32,000 bases of DNA from contig NZ_JAFBEE010000012.1 of assembly GCF_016908555.1 (NCBI RefSeq), positions 29,815-61,814 on the forward strand, written 5' to 3'. Origin of the DNA: Alkaliphilus hydrothermalis (GTDB taxonomy: Bacteria; Bacillota; Clostridia; Peptostreptococcales; Natronincolaceae). The notes under the pieces were generated by a model that had not been told where the DNA came from, ran no database searches, and saw only the letters and a list, made by a program, of their open reading frames with translations. Positions 6,394-17,304 of the stretch are shown here, piece after piece. How positions within the stretch are numbered: the stretch's first letter is position 1; each line of letters starts with the position of its first letter. Made by a program: the position numbers and the translations under genes.

Positions 6394-9072
6394 ATGAAAA
6401 GGGTGTTTGAAAAGGTTTTTGGTACCTATAGTGAGAGGGAACTGAAACGATTAAAGAAGAATGTTGAGGAAGTATTAGCTTTAGAACCACAATATTCAAA
6501 ATTAACGGATGCTGAATTAAAGGATAAGACGAGACAGTTTAAAGAAAGACTTAAAAATAACGAGACGCTGGATGACCTTTTACCAGAAGCCTTTGCAACC
6601 GTAAGGGAGGCAGCTTGGAGGATATTAGGGATGAAGCATTATCCTGTACAGCTGTATGGGGGAATAGTACTACATCAAGGCCGTATTGCCGAGATGAGAA
6701 CTGGTGAAGGTAAAACCTTAACGGCTACGCTTGCAGTATATCTCAATGCCCTCAGTGGCAAAGGGGTTCATGTTATTACAGTCAATGACTACTTAGCCCA
6801 CCGTGACTGCGAATGGATGAGTAAAGTATATAACTTCCTTGGTTTAACGACTGGGGTTGTAATTCATGGGATAACTCCTACAGCAAGAAAGGCAGCGTAC
6901 CAAGCAGACATCACCTATGGTACAAACAATGAGTTTGGATTCGACTACCTAAGAGACAACATGGTAATTCATAAGCATGATATGACCCAAAGGGAATTGA
7001 ACTATGCCATTGTGGATGAAGTAGATAGTATTTTAATAGACGAGGCTAGAACCCCACTGATTATCTCTGGTCAAGGAGAGAAATCAACGAAAATGTATTT
7101 CGTAGTAGATCAATTTATAAAAACCTTAAAAAATGAAGTTGATTTTACCATTGATGAAAAGGCCAACTCGATTTCCTTAACTGAAGAAGGCGTGGAAAAG
7201 GCAGAGAAGTTTTTTGGATTAGATAACCTTTCAGATATAGAAAACATGGAGACTTCTCATCATATTAATCAAGCATTAAAGGCTAGAAATCTAATGAAAT
7301 TAGATAAAGATTATGTAGTTAAAGATGGAGAAATTGTAATTGTTGATGAATTTACAGGTCGTTTAATGTTTGGACGTCGCTATAGCGAAGGACTACATCA
7401 GGCAATTGAAGCTAAGGAAGGGTTAGAGGTTAAAAGAGAATCCAAGACGTTAGCAACCATTACCTTCCAAAATTATTTCAGAATGTACAACAAAATTGCA
7501 GGTATGACAGGTACAGCGAAAACAGAGGAAGATGAATTTATCTCCATTTATGGTATGGATGTAATTGAAATGCCAACAAATAAGCCTGTAATTCGTCAAG
7601 ATCTTGCGGATAGTATCTATAAGTCAGAGCAGGGAAAATTTTTAGCTTTGGTAAGGGATATAGAAGAGAAGTACGCTAAAAAACAACCTGTACTAGTAGG
7701 AACGATTACAATTGAAAAGTCTGAGGAAATTTCCGCGCTACTAAAGAAGCGTGGAATTACTCACGAGGTTCTAAATGCTAAGCATCATGAAAGGGAAGCA
7801 GAGATCGTTGCCCAAGCTGGTAGAAAAGGAGCAGTAACCATAGCTACCAACATGGCTGGCCGTGGTACTGACATTATCCTAGGTGGTAATCCTGAGTTTT
7901 TAGCTATGAAGGAAATGAAGAAAAGAGGATATAGTGATGAAATATTAGCTATGGTAACTAGCCATGCAGAGACGGCTGATGAAGAGTTAATCGCTGCTAA
8001 AAAAGTATATCATGAAATATACGCTGAAATTAAAAAGGAAACCGACAAAGAACATGAAGAAGTTGTACAGGTCGGAGGACTTCATATCATTGGTACAGAG
8101 AGACATGAATCAAGACGTATAGACAACCAGCTAAGAGGTCGTGCAGGACGTCAAGGGGACCCAGGGTCCAGTAGATTCTATATTTCCCTACAGGACGATC
8201 TAATGCGTCTATTCGGTGGAGATAGAATGCAGGGAATCGTCGAGAAAATGGGCTTAGCCGAAGATGAGGCTATTGAGCATGGACTGCTAACTAGAACCAT
8301 TGAAAATGCACAAAAGAAGGTAGAGGGTCGTAACTTTGGTATTCGTAAGCATGTACTCCAATACGATGATGTTATGAATAAGCAAAGGGAAGTCATCTAC
8401 GGGGAGCGTAGAAAAGTATTAGATGGGCAAGATATGTATGATCAAGTATTTAATATGGTTGAGAGTATTACCAATGATGCTATTGCCTTGTATATTGAGG
8501 CGGATAAGTACCCAGAAGAGTGGGATATAGAAGCATTTGAAGAACATCTAACCACCATCTTCCTACAGCCTGATAGTTTACATTTTGAAAACATCCAAGA
8601 CTTGACGATAGATTCCCTACGGGAAAAGGTAGTAGATGCCGCTAAAGCCCAGTATAAGCTTAAAGAAAATGACTTTGAAGCAGAACGAATGAGGGAAATC
8701 GAGAGAATAATCCTACTCCAAGTGATTGACACTAAATGGATGGATCATATTGATGCAATGGATCAGTTGCGTCAAGGTATTGGTTTAAGAGCTATTGGAC
8801 AGGTGGATCCTGTTAGGGCATATCAAACAGAAGGTTTTGACATGTTCCAGGAAATGATTAAGAGTATCCAAGAAGAAACTGTTAGGTACCTGTTCCATGT
8901 AGAGAAGGAAAGTGTAGTGGAGAGAAAACAGGTGGCTAAGCCTATGGAGGCAATTCATGGAGAAAGCAGTCAGAAAAAAATCAAGACTGTAGTCAAGGAA
9001 GATGTAGTGGGTAGAAATGAACCTTGCCCTTGTGGTAGTGGAAAGAAATATAAAAAATGCTGTGGAGAATAA
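6394..9072 (+). CDS. secA: Preprotein translocase ATPase SecA
   Basis: 892 aa. It has the Walker A motif MRTGEGKTL, the DEAD-like [29 protein letters not shown], and the C-terminal zinc motif [14 protein letters not shown]. Confidence 0.98.
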   Translation: MKRVFEKVFGTYSERELKRLKKNVEEVLALEPQYSKLTDAELKDKTRQFKERLKNNETLDDLLPEAFATVREAAWRILGMKHYPVQLYGGIVLHQGRIAEMRTGEGKTLTATLAVYLNALSGKGVHVITVNDYLAHRDCEWMSKVYNFLGLTTGVVIHGITPTARKAAYQADITYGTNNEFGFDYLRDNMVIHKHDMTQRELNYAIVDEVDSILIDEARTPLIISGQGEKSTKMYFVVDQFIKTLKNEVDFTIDEKANSISLTEEGVEKAEKFFGLDNLSDIENMETSHHINQALKARNLMKLDKDYVVKDGEIVIVDEFTGRLMFGRRYSEGLHQAIEAKEGLEVKRESKTLATITFQNYFRMYNKIAGMTGTAKTEEDEFISIYGMDVIEMPTNKPVIRQDLADSIYKSEQGKFLALVRDIEEKYAKKQPVLVGTITIEKSEEISALLKKRGITHEVLNAKHHEREAEIVAQAGRKGAVTIATNMAGRGTDIILGGNPEFLAMKEMKKRGYSDEILAMVTSHAETADEELIAAKKVYHEIYAEIKKETDKEHEEVVQVGGLHIIGTERHESRRIDNQLRGRAGRQGDPGSSRFYISLQDDLMRLFGGDRMQGIVEKMGLAEDEAIEHGLLTRTIENAQKKVEGRNFGIRKHVLQYDDVMNKQREVIYGERRKVLDGQDMYDQVFNMVESITNDAIALYIEADKYPEEWDIEAFEEHLTTIFLQPDSLHFENIQDLTIDSLREKVVDAAKAQYKLKENDFEAERMREIERIILLQVIDTKWMDHIDAMDQLRQGIGLRAIGQVDPVRAYQTEGFDMFQEMIKSIQEETVRYLFHVEKESVVERKQVAKPMEAIHGESSQKKIKTVVKEDVVGRNEPCPCGSGKKYKKCCGE

Positions 9073-9084
9073 TGGGGTGAACAG

Positions 9085-10189
9085 ATGATTAATTTAGATA
9101 TTTATAAGCAGCAGTTGGTAAAGGTGCTGGAGGACATCAAGGAAATGAGGGCTTCACTTTGACATAGATGGAATTAGCCAACTGGTATCAGACTATGAGG
9201 CTAAAATGTCGGAGGAGGGCTTTTGGGATGAACCACAGGAGGCCCAAGAAGTACTAAAGCAGACTAAAGCTTATAAAGACCGCATACAGGCTTATGAAGG
9301 CCTGATTGCCACCCATGAAGAGTTGGAAACAATGGTGGCCTTTATTGAAGAAGGGGACAATACTTTTGCAGATGAACTAGTAGCGGGAATCATCCAACTA
9401 GAGGCCATCTTAGAGGAATTAAAATTATCTACTTTGTTAAAAGGTGAGTATGATAAGAACAACGCAATTCTTTCCATCCATGCTGGAACAGGCGGTTTGG
9501 ATGCTCAGGATTGGGCTAAGATGTTGTTGCGGATGTATACCCGCTGGGCTGAAACAAAGGGATATAGAATTAAAACGATAGACCTGATACAGGATCCAGA
9601 GGCAGGAATTAAGAGCGTTACCCTGTTGATTGAAGGTGAGAACGTCTATGGATTTCTGAAGTCAGAAAAAGGAGTACATCGCCTAGTAAGGGTATCTCCC
9701 TTTGACAACTCAGGAAAACGTCATACCTCCTTTGCTTCGGTGGATATTATGCCAGAAATTAATGATGATGTAAATATAGAAATAAAGGCCTCTGATTTAA
9801 AGATTGACACCTTCAGAGCCAGTGGTGCTGGAGGGCAGCATGTTAATAAGACGGACTCAGCAGTGAGAATCACCCACTTACCAACGGGAATTGTGGTCCA
9901 GTGCCAAAATGAGAGATCTCAACATAGCAATCGTGAAACAGCGATGGGTTTATTGAAATCCAAACTGGTGGAATTGAAGGAAAGAGAAAACAAAGAAAAA
10001 ATCGAAGACCTTCAAGGGGAATATAGCCAAATCGCATGGGGAAGTCAAATCCGATCCTATGTATTCAATCCCTACAACCTAGTAAAGGATCATAGAACTA
10101 ACGCAGAGGTAGGAAATACACAAGCAGTAATGGATGGAGACATCGATATTTTTATAAATGAATTTTTAAAAGTGAACTTAGGACAGTAG
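9085..10189 (+). CDS. prfB: Peptide chain release factor 2, requiring a programmed +1 frameshift (join 9085..9159, 9161..10189)
   Basis: Frame 0 (MINLDIYKQQLVKVLEDIKEMRASL) ends at an in-frame TGA at 9160-9162. The +1 frame continues DIDGISQLV...EGFWDE into the 327-aa ORF, which carries SPF (RVSPFD) and GGQ (SGAGGQHVNKT). The combined length is about 367 aa. Confidence 0.95.
9147..9163 (+). promoter_or_regulatory. RF2 autoregulatory +1 frameshift site
   Basis: An internal SD-like GAGGG (9147-9151) is followed by the slippery CTT TGA C (9157-9163). Confidence 0.9.
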
Positions 10190-10208
10190 TCCTAAGTTCT
10201 TTTTTTTA
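10176..10208 (+). terminator. Intrinsic terminator after prfB
   Basis: ACTTAGGAC / GTCCTAAGT stem overlapping the stop codon, followed by a T-run. Confidence 0.75.
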
Positions 10209-10387
10209 TGAGGAACGTTGAAAAAAGAGGATTTATGCAAAATTTTTATTGTATTTAATTTTCTAAAGATAAAGGTTTTTTGGTTATTTTATCGAATTAG
10301 AATACATGAGGAATTTTACATACTTACTTAAGTGTTCGGATATTGACTAAAGATAAAGGAAATTGCAGAACTAAGGGAGGAACATTT

Positions 10388-12595
10388 ATGAAAAAAGGAT
10401 TTATGGGAAAAATAGCAAAAAGGACAAAAATTAAAGGACAGTCGCAGGGTAATAAGAGTAGCAAGAAGAGCATTAAGCGGCAGTTGATGAGTGTTATCTG
10501 TACACTGATTTTGGTAATGGTAGTAATCACATCTGCGGTTAATTATTATTTCGATTCCAGCAATATTAAAGATACCGCAGAGAAAAATAATAAGACGATT
10601 GCCAACTCAATTGCGATGCAGCTGGATGTCTATGTAGAGACGCTGCTCAATACTGTTAGATTATTAGCTTCTTCAAGGGACTTTACATCTATGGAGCGGT
10701 ACGATGTACAGGAACTATTTCACACTGTTAAGAGCCAGAATAGGGAAATAAAAGAAATTTATTTATTTGATAAATCTGGAGATTTAATGGTGGCTAATCA
10801 AAGCAACAAAATAGAGTCAGTAGCTGGGGAAGCGTGGTTTCAGGAGGCATTAACAAAGGGCTTGAGTACAACCCAATCTGTAAAAGATGGTATCGATGTT
10901 GGCTTTAGGGTTAACGTTGTCGTGTCGGATGCAAATAATGTAAGAGTGGGTGTCCTTTCAGTAGTGGTGGGATTTAATAAAATCAGTCAAATTGTAAAGG
11001 ATGTAGCTATAGGAAATACAGGATATGCCTATGTAGTAGATGGAGATGGTTATATTATCGGTCATCGGATTGCTTCGGAATATGTAATGAAAAGGTACAA
11101 TGTTTTAGAACAGGATTCAGAAATGATTAAAAAGGTAGTTCTAGAGAATGTTGAAAAAATAGAAGGAATCAATAATGATGGTAAAGAAATGATGGTATCC
11201 GCGGCATCTTTGAAAAATCACCCTTGGAAAGTCATTGTTCAACAAGAAAAAAGTGAAGTGTTGGCCTTAACAAGGGAATCCCTTGTTAGAAACATCATTA
11301 TTGCTCTCATCATGATGCTGGTGACATTAGCTATGACAACTGTATTTGCTCAATATTTCACAAAACCAATTCAATTGCTGGTAGGCAATGCAATTAAGAT
11401 TAAAGAAGGAGATCTAACTCAGAATATAGAGATTAAGGCAGAGAATGAAATTGGTGAGCTACAAAGGGCATTCAAAGAAATGACCGATTCATTAGTTGAA
11501 ATTCTGGTCAAAATCACAGGGGCAACAGACCAAGTCGGGGATTTTATTGATGAACTGAAGGGTAACGCTGAAATAACTTCAATGGCTGCAGTAGAAATTT
11601 CCAAGACTATAGAGAGTGTGGCGGCAGGGACATCTCAACAGATGGGTAGGGTAGACCAATCTTCTGAGATTATCATAAAAATGGTGGGAAATGTAAGGGA
11701 AGTACAATCCAGTACAACCGTAGCTGTTTCTTCAGCAGAAAACACCTCAAAGCTAGCTGCTGGAGGAGTAAGAAATATTCAAGAAATAAAAACAACTATG
11801 GAAAATGTTACAGTATTAGTAGAAAATACATCTAACTTAATATTAAATTTAAACAAGCAAATTGGAGAAATAGATCGAGCAGGTCAATTAATCACAGCCA
11901 TATCAGATCAAACAAATCTATTGGCATTAAATGCTGCAATCGAGGCTGCAAGAGCAGGAGAGCATGGTAGAGGATTTACTGTGGTGGCGGAAGAGGTTAG
12001 AAAGCTAGCAGAGCAATCTAGAGGAGCATCTAAGGAAATTATAGGGTTAATCGAAAAAATCCATAACGAAACAAGTAAAGCTGTTGTTTCAATGGAAGAA
12101 GGAATAAGGGGAGTAGAAGCAGGAAACACGGTAATCAATCGTGCTGCAGACTCCTTCACAACTATTCTGGATGAAGCCAATGGTGTGTCCAGCTCTATGA
12201 AAAACTTAGAAAGCATTATAGAGGAATTAGCACAAGATGTAATGACCACTGAAGAAGTGATGAATGAGGTGGCCAGTGTCTCTCAATCTACTGCCGCCGC
12301 CGCTCAGCAGGTATTGGCAAGCGTGGAGGAACAGGATGCTTCTATTCAACAAATGTCAGATTCGACAGTTACTCTGAATAGCATGATTAATGAGTTGAAG
12401 GTTATTACTCAACGATTTAAGTTATCCAAGATGACTAATGAATCCAAAGATGCCTTGGTTGATGGAATCAGAAATGAAGAAATAATGAAAAAAACTGATC
12501 AGGATATCCTTAACGAAATAAATAAGGGTAAAGGATTTAATATGAGAGGATTTTTTAAGAAGTTTTCAAAAAGCGTTTTTAAAAAGAAAAAGTAA
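10388..12595 (+). CDS. Methyl-accepting chemotaxis protein with an extracellular Cache-like sensor and a HAMP domain
   Basis: It has an N-terminal TM segment and a roughly 270-aa periplasmic region ([15 protein letters not shown] is Cache-like). A second TM segment and HAMP follow (PIQLL...GDLTQNIE...EIGELQRAF). The highly conserved signalling hairpin is present ([38 protein letters not shown]). I prefer ATG 10388 with RBS AGGGAGG over the track start at 10343. Confidence 0.93.
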   Translation: MKKGFMGKIAKRTKIKGQSQGNKSSKKSIKRQLMSVICTLILVMVVITSAVNYYFDSSNIKDTAEKNNKTIANSIAMQLDVYVETLLNTVRLLASSRDFTSMERYDVQELFHTVKSQNREIKEIYLFDKSGDLMVANQSNKIESVAGEAWFQEALTKGLSTTQSVKDGIDVGFRVNVVVSDANNVRVGVLSVVVGFNKISQIVKDVAIGNTGYAYVVDGDGYIIGHRIASEYVMKRYNVLEQDSEMIKKVVLENVEKIEGINNDGKEMMVSAASLKNHPWKVIVQQEKSEVLALTRESLVRNIIIALIMMLVTLAMTTVFAQYFTKPIQLLVGNAIKIKEGDLTQNIEIKAENEIGELQRAFKEMTDSLVEILVKITGATDQVGDFIDELKGNAEITSMAAVEISKTIESVAAGTSQQMGRVDQSSEIIIKMVGNVREVQSSTTVAVSSAENTSKLAAGGVRNIQEIKTTMENVTVLVENTSNLILNLNKQIGEIDRAGQLITAISDQTNLLALNAAIEAARAGEHGRGFTVVAEEVRKLAEQSRGASKEIIGLIEKIHNETSKAVVSMEEGIRGVEAGNTVINRAADSFTTILDEANGVSSSMKNLESIIEELAQDVMTTEEVMNEVASVSQSTAAAAQQVLASVEEQDASIQQMSDSTVTLNSMINELKVITQRFKLSKMTNESKDALVDGIRNEEIMKKTDQDILNEINKGKGFNMRGFFKKFSKSVFKKKK

Positions 12596-12619
12596 TTTTA
12601 AAGAAGATACCTAAAAAAA

Positions 12620-12646
12620 TCCCCCAATAGATAAAAAATTGGGGGA
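12620..12646 (+). terminator. Intrinsic terminator after the chemoreceptor gene
   Basis: TCCCCCAAT / ATTGGGGGA stem with a T-rich tail a few nt downstream. Confidence 0.6.
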
Positions 12647-12690
12647 ACATTATTTTAAAGTTAAAATATGTAAGCAAATGATAAAACGAA

Positions 12691-12716
12691 AAGAACCCTG
12701 ATGCTTCAGGGTTCTT
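12691..12716. terminator. Bidirectional hairpin terminator, mainly serving the cold-shock gene on the minus strand
   Basis: A perfect 11-bp stem (AAGAACCCTGA / TCAGGGTTCTT) with a 4-nt loop and T-runs on both strands. Confidence 0.75.
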
Positions 12717-12766
12717 TTCAGTAGTTGCTATATAAAATATAACTTATATTCTATTATAATTTACTA

Positions 12767-12967
12767 CTATAACTTTGTTACGTTTGCAGCTTGAAGACCT
12801 CTGTCACCTTGAACAACTTCGAATTCTACTTGTTGTCCTTCGTCTAATGACTTGAAACCGTCTCCTTGGATAGCTGAGAAATGTACGAATACATCATCTT
12901 CACCTTCAACTGAGATAAATCCAAAACCTTTTTCACTGTTAAACCATTTAACTACGCCTGTTTTCAT
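12767..12967 (-). CDS. Cold-shock protein (CspA family)
   Basis: 66 aa. [18 protein letters not shown] carries the RNP1 motif and DVFVHFSAI carries RNP2. Confidence 0.97.
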   Translation of the reverse strand: MKTGVVKWFNSEKGFGFISVEGEDDVFVHFSAIQGDGFKSLDEGQQVEFEVVQGDRGLQAANVTKL

Positions 12968-13015
12968 TTAAAAAAACCTCCAAAAAATTATATTCTGTAA
13001 CGATGTTACAACACT

Positions 13016-13044
13016 AGGATATCACTATTTTTTGGTATTGTCAA
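13016..13044 (-). promoter_or_regulatory. Sigma-A type promoter candidate for the cold-shock gene
   Basis: On the minus strand: TTGACA (13044-13039), a 17-nt spacer, then TATCCT (13021-13016). The roughly 45-nt leader contains a small hairpin, TGTAAC-ATC-GTTACA. Confidence 0.4.
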
Positions 13045-13051
13045 ATATTTT

Positions 13052-13498
13052 TTACATCATTACATCTAAGAGCATACCCCGAATATCATCCAATCGCTTA
13101 ATGATAGAAATGCGGTCCACCTCTTCTTTTAAGAATTCTTTGGTCAAGGATTCTAGTTCTCGGTCAACGTTTTTAACAATGGAGTAGACCCGATGACGAC
13201 CACGACGATCTAAGAAATTTTGTTTAGAAAACTGATGGGAGTTCTTAACAGCCACATCTAGAAATTCCCGTACTAGGTTTTTATATTTAATGACTTCACT
13301 GAGATGCATCTTATCCCCTATTCGTTCAGACTGAGTAAGGATTTTATCATAAAGTCCTTGGAGGTGTTCTCTCACTTGGTCAGATTTTATTTCCTGAAAT
13401 TTGGTGATAAACTTCTCTTTATTTACTTCAGCTTTTCGTGCTGGAGCATTGACTAATTCACGGAACTCAACGGAACCTAACTGATCTATTCGCTTCAT
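13052..13498 (-). CDS. YaaR/DUF327-family protein
   Basis: 148 aa, helical. The segment FLDRRGRHRVYSIVKNVDRELESLT and the overall layout resemble the YaaR (DUF327) family. A strong RBS (AAGGAGGGG) is present. Confidence 0.6.
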   Translation of the reverse strand: MKRIDQLGSVEFRELVNAPARKAEVNKEKFITKFQEIKSDQVREHLQGLYDKILTQSERIGDKMHLSEVIKYKNLVREFLDVAVKNSHQFSKQNFLDRRGRHRVYSIVKNVDRELESLTKEFLKEEVDRISIIKRLDDIRGMLLDVMM

Positions 13499-13598
13499 GG
13501 AGTATCCCCTCCTTAAAATTCTGTCTCTATTATATTATATCGGCATAAATAATAAAAGTTTTAGACCTAGTTGTTGACTGGGAGGAGTTATTCTACAG

Positions 13599-13626
13599 TA
13601 AAGTAAAGGAAAGAAATTGTCGATAG
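13599..13626 (+). promoter_or_regulatory. Weak SigD-like promoter candidate
   Basis: TAAA (13599-13602), a 16-nt spacer, then GTCGATAG (13619-13626). The spacing is off by one and there are two mismatches in the -10 element. Confidence 0.3.
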
Positions 13627-13657
13627 ATTAAGTAGAAGAACTAAAGGTGGTGACAGG

Positions 13658-16096
13658 ATGAATAATGGAATTGGAAAACCAATGAATCTATTATTTAACA
13701 AAGTATATGGAAACGGGATGATGCCCTTGAAGAAAAGGGATCAAGTAAACAAGTCACTGGAGACCCTCCAGACCAACAAGCTACAAGTAAATGTTCTTCC
13801 TATATCTCAAGGTGAGGAAGAGAAATATACGAAACTACTGAATAGCTTTAATATGCCTGTAAAGGAGGATTTAATACAGGGGTTAAAGGTATTGGATTTC
13901 CACGGGATTCATTTAAGTAAAGAAAATTTGGTGCAATATATCTCCACAAAGAATCATTTGAATGATTTAGTTCAGGAGCTCAACTACGATACAGCCCTAA
14001 AACTTATGGAGGAACAAGTGGATTTGGAAAAGGACTCCCTACAGGAGGTAGTAGATAAGCTGGAGAAGGTAAAGGCGGAAGAAGAGGACCAGCCCCTATC
14101 CTTAAGTAAAATTATCAAGAAATTTAAAAAGCTTTCCACGGAGGATGCGGAGAAGATTGCTGAAAAGATTTATGGTAGCAAACAAGGAAAGGATGTAACG
14201 GACATTATCAAAGCCCTCCAGAGGGCTGGGGTGGAAGTCACTAAAGAATCCATAGAGAAGGTAAAGGCTATTTTCACGAAACTCCATAGTATCCAAAATT
14301 ATGACGAAGAAGGATTTGTGGAGGCAATCAAGCATAAGGTGGAGGGAAACATCAATCAATTATACAAATTAAAAAATTCCATCAAAAAAGGTGCAATAGC
14401 CATAGAAGAGAAACTTAGCCAATATGCCACCAAAGTATATGGAGGCTTTTTAGGAAATAAAAATCAACCAACGGAAAAGGATTTAAGGCTTTTAGAAGAA
14501 GATATTAAGAGACTCCTTACTGCCGATGGGCAGGTGGTAAATAAAGAAAATATTAGTCTATCCAAAGCCCTCATTAGACAAGGGATGGAGGTAAATAAAG
14601 AGAATCTATCAAAAGTGATGGAGCTAAAGGCCCTTATTGGAGAACTAAACAGTAGTCTAGACCAAGATAATGTTTCCCTTTTAATGAAGGCTGGGTACGA
14701 TATTGAATCGGAAAACCTATCTAAGCTATTGGATTTGGTAAAAAATATAGATTCTCTAAAGGCAGAGATGCTTCAAATGGAGACTTTGCCCCTGTCGGAG
14801 GAAGAAAAAATAGGCGAAATGCTTGGTAAAATTAAGCTGCTGGGGGAAGCGAAAGAAGAAGATTTACTAATGCTTTTAAAGAAGGGGACTGATTTTAAAT
14901 TAGGGGACCTCCATAGGGTTAAAGCGCCGATGGGATTTGATCAAGAACTGATACTTCAAGGAGGGCAAGAGATCCATTACAGCGCCTTAAAGGTAGTAAA
15001 ACTATTTTCTCAGTTGAATAAAATAACCCCCAATAACCTTACAGGTCATATAAAAAACAACTATCCTTTGACTATAGAGGGGTTAGCTAATAATATCCCA
15101 GAGACGTCTAAGCTAGGAATTATTAAAGCTAGCAATGAAGCGCAACAGGCTTTTAAGGAATTAAATTTTATTCGACAACACCTTACTTCTTCGATGGTGA
15201 CGAAGGGATTAGAGAAGGGTTTATCCTTGGAAAAAATGGAGTTACCTAGAATCTCAAATTATATTAATGAACACAACCTACAGGAGGGTAACTGGGAGCA
15301 AATCAAAGTATTACCCCAGATACGAAAGCAAGGGGAGGATATTTTAGCTCTTCTCATGAAGAATAACCTTCCCCATAATTTAGGAGAAATGAAGCAAATT
15401 TCAAACTTCCTTAAAAATCAACAGCAAGTAGGCCACCAAGTACAAGAATTGATGGAGTTCTTAGAAAAAGAAGGGAATGAAGCCCTAAAACTTGAGGTTA
15501 AAGGAATGAAGGAGATGGCTAAGGATTTGACCAACAGCCTGAAGAATGGAAAAATGGACCTAAGTCGTTTCAATAAAGAACTCAACGAAATAGTAAACAA
15601 TATAGCCCAAAAGGGAAGTCTTTTGGATGATAAATCCAAAGAACAACTCTATAAGAATATCGAAAAGCTGTCTGAGGCAATAGACACCCAAAATCAGCTT
15701 AATCATAGGGATACAACTGTACAAATGCCGATTATGATGGATAATCAGATGAAGAATCTACAGATTTATGTCATGAAGGATAAGCAGGGCAGCAAGAAAA
15801 TAGACCCTAAAAACATGTCGGTGCTTCTAAATATGGATACCAATAATATGGGGAATATCAATATATACTTAGGGGTCAACTATAGGCAATTAGTTTTAAA
15901 GGTGGGGGTACTATATAAGGAATATCAAGAAATGATAGAACCCCAGATTCCAGCCTTGAAGGATATGCTTTCCAAGATAGGATACGAGGTAAAGGACATT
16001 GCCTTTAGGGTGGATGAAGACCTACATTTAATGAGTATGGTGGAGGAAGTGGCGGACAAGCAAAAAGGTGTCAATTTTATTGATATGATGATTTAG
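13658..16096 (+). CDS. Large Lys/Glu-rich repeat protein with a FliK-like (hook-length control, Flg_hook-type) C-terminal region; YlqG/DUF6240-like
   Basis: 812 aa with RBS AAGGTGG. It has repeated G-x-x-V-x-KEN-L/I modules. The C-terminal segment (MSVLLNMDTNNMGNINIYLGVNYRQLVLKVGV...ALKDMLSKIGYEVKDIAFRV) follows the L-x-L-x-P-x-LG-x-I-x-I ... L-x-x-L-x-x-x-G pattern of FliK C-terminal domains. It lies directly upstream of an FlhB-C homolog. Confidence 0.45.
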   Translation: MNNGIGKPMNLLFNKVYGNGMMPLKKRDQVNKSLETLQTNKLQVNVLPISQGEEEKYTKLLNSFNMPVKEDLIQGLKVLDFHGIHLSKENLVQYISTKNHLNDLVQELNYDTALKLMEEQVDLEKDSLQEVVDKLEKVKAEEEDQPLSLSKIIKKFKKLSTEDAEKIAEKIYGSKQGKDVTDIIKALQRAGVEVTKESIEKVKAIFTKLHSIQNYDEEGFVEAIKHKVEGNINQLYKLKNSIKKGAIAIEEKLSQYATKVYGGFLGNKNQPTEKDLRLLEEDIKRLLTADGQVVNKENISLSKALIRQGMEVNKENLSKVMELKALIGELNSSLDQDNVSLLMKAGYDIESENLSKLLDLVKNIDSLKAEMLQMETLPLSEEEKIGEMLGKIKLLGEAKEEDLLMLLKKGTDFKLGDLHRVKAPMGFDQELILQGGQEIHYSALKVVKLFSQLNKITPNNLTGHIKNNYPLTIEGLANNIPETSKLGIIKASNEAQQAFKELNFIRQHLTSSMVTKGLEKGLSLEKMELPRISNYINEHNLQEGNWEQIKVLPQIRKQGEDILALLMKNNLPHNLGEMKQISNFLKNQQQVGHQVQELMEFLEKEGNEALKLEVKGMKEMAKDLTNSLKNGKMDLSRFNKELNEIVNNIAQKGSLLDDKSKEQLYKNIEKLSEAIDTQNQLNHRDTTVQMPIMMDNQMKNLQIYVMKDKQGSKKIDPKNMSVLLNMDTNNMGNINIYLGVNYRQLVLKVGVLYKEYQEMIEPQIPALKDMLSKIGYEVKDIAFRVDEDLHLMSMVEEVADKQKGVNFIDMMI

Positions 16097-16106
16097 GGGT
16101 GAAGCT

Positions 16107-16376
16107 ATGGAGGAACATGTGAAAAAAGCTGTTGCATTGAGATATGATCCTGAGGAGGATCATGCCCCCAAAATTATGGCTACAGGACATGGGGTAGTGG
16201 CAGAAAAGATATTAGAAAAGGCAGAGGAAAATGAAGTGCCTATTCATCACAATGAGAAGTTAGTTAAAGAGCTAATCCAATTCAAAGTAGGGACAGAAAT
16301 TCCTCAGGAACTATATGAAATTGTAGCTCAAGTCCTCATTTTTGTTGAGGGATTAGATACCAAAAAGGTAAGGTAA
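16107..16376 (+). CDS. FlhB C-terminal-fragment homolog (YlqH / EscU-YscU-HrcU family, soluble, no TM domain)
   Basis: 89 aa. KAVALRYDPEEDHAPKIMATGHGVVAEKILEKAEENEVPIHHNEKLVKEL...IPQELYEIVAQVLIFV aligns to the FlhB region immediately after the NPTH autocleavage site. Confidence 0.85.
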   Translation: MEEHVKKAVALRYDPEEDHAPKIMATGHGVVAEKILEKAEENEVPIHHNEKLVKELIQFKVGTEIPQELYEIVAQVLIFVEGLDTKKVR

Positions 16377-16400
16377 AGTTTTTGACAGAAACGCCGATAT
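16374..16400 (+). promoter_or_regulatory. Sigma-D (sigma-28) promoter of the flagellin gene
   Basis: TAAA (16374-16377), exactly 15 nt, then GCCGATAT (16393-16400). This is a perfect match to the Bacillus SigD consensus. The -35 element overlaps the stop of the upstream gene. Confidence 0.85.
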
Positions 16401-16435
16401 AAATAATATAAGCATAGATTCAAGGGGGAAAAAAG

Positions 16436-17290
16436 ATGAGAATTAATCATAATATACCTGCATTAAATGCCCATAGATTATTAACGCGAAATACTGATAT
16501 GACCAGTAGAGCATTGGAGAAATTGTCATCTGGTAAAAGAATCAACCGAGCAGCTGATGATGCGGCGGGGATGGCTATTACTGAGAAAATGAGGGCCCAA
16601 ACGAGGGGATTACATGTGGCTTCCCGTAACTCATTAGACGGAGTTTCTCTCGTACAGACGGCAGAGGGAGCAATGACAGAAATACACTCAATGCTACAAA
16701 GAATGAGGGAATTGGCGGTACAAGCAAGCAATGGAACCTATAACGATGATGATAAACAAACAGTCCAAAATGAAATAGATGAATTAGTAAAAGAAATAGA
16801 TAATATTGCTAAAACAACAAACTTCAATGATAAAAAGCTGTTGGATGGATCCTTAGATGGCTTTGATAATGCCACCCCCCCCGTAGCTGATCCCCAAGAA
16901 AAAATTATCCTACAAATAGGAGCAAATGCCAGTGAAATTATGGAATTTACTATCGATAAACTTGACACAACGCCAACTGGTCTAGCTATCGATGCAGTTG
17001 ATTTAGTTAATGATCCAGGTACAGGCATAACGGTAATTGATGCAGCCATCAAGAAAGTTTCGGAAGTAAGAGCAAAACTAGGGGCCATCCAAAATCGTCT
17101 CGAGCACACCATCGCCAATGTAGACAATACAGCAGAAAACATCACTGCAGCCATGTCTCGTATTGAGGATGTGGATATGGCAATGGAAATGTCAAACTTT
17201 ACAAAGCTAAATATCTTAACCCAAGCAGGGACAGCTATGTTGGCTCAAGCAAACCAAAGACCTCAGTCGATTCTACAGTTGTTAAGCTAA
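16436..17290 (+). CDS. fliC: Flagellin
   Basis: 284 aa with the conserved N-terminus [16 protein letters not shown]...[22 protein letters not shown] and C-terminus [14 protein letters not shown]...[21 protein letters not shown]. The variable domain is short. Confidence 0.97.
   Translation: MRINHNIPALNAHRLLTRNTDMTSRALEKLSSGKRINRAADDAAGMAITEKMRAQTRGLHVASRNSLDGVSLVQTAEGAMTEIHSMLQRMRELAVQASNGTYNDDDKQTVQNEIDELVKEIDNIAKTTNFNDKKLLDGSLDGFDNATPPVADPQEKIILQIGANASEIMEFTIDKLDTTPTGLAIDAVDLVNDPGTGITVIDAAIKKVSEVRAKLGAIQNRLEHTIANVDNTAENITAAMSRIEDVDMAMEMSNFTKLNILTQAGTAMLAQANQRPQSILQLLS
16875..16882 (+). repeat. C8 homopolymer tract inside the flagellin variable region
   Basis: gcc acc ccc ccc gta encodes A-T-P-P-V. 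It is the longest G/C homopolymer I noticed in this AT-rich window. Confidence 0.9.
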
Positions 17291-17304
17291 TGGTGGTGAA
17301 ATAG

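Noticed and set aside
10300-10345. Possible SigD promoter upstream of the chemoreceptor gene (GTTCGGATAT).
   Set aside because: The -10-like element has an inserted or mismatched base relative to GCCGATAT. No TAAA lies at the correct 15-16 nt spacing. This is too weak to call.
10343-10387. N-terminal extensions proposed by the ORF track: 10343 (MCP), 23194 (transporter), 26655 (MFS), 30338 (ribU), 4865 (hpf) and 1314 (yvyF-like).
   Set aside because: In each case an internal ATG with a well-spaced Shine-Dalgarno sequence gives a protein starting at the family-typical N-terminus. The extended regions overlap riboswitch platforms, terminators or promoters.
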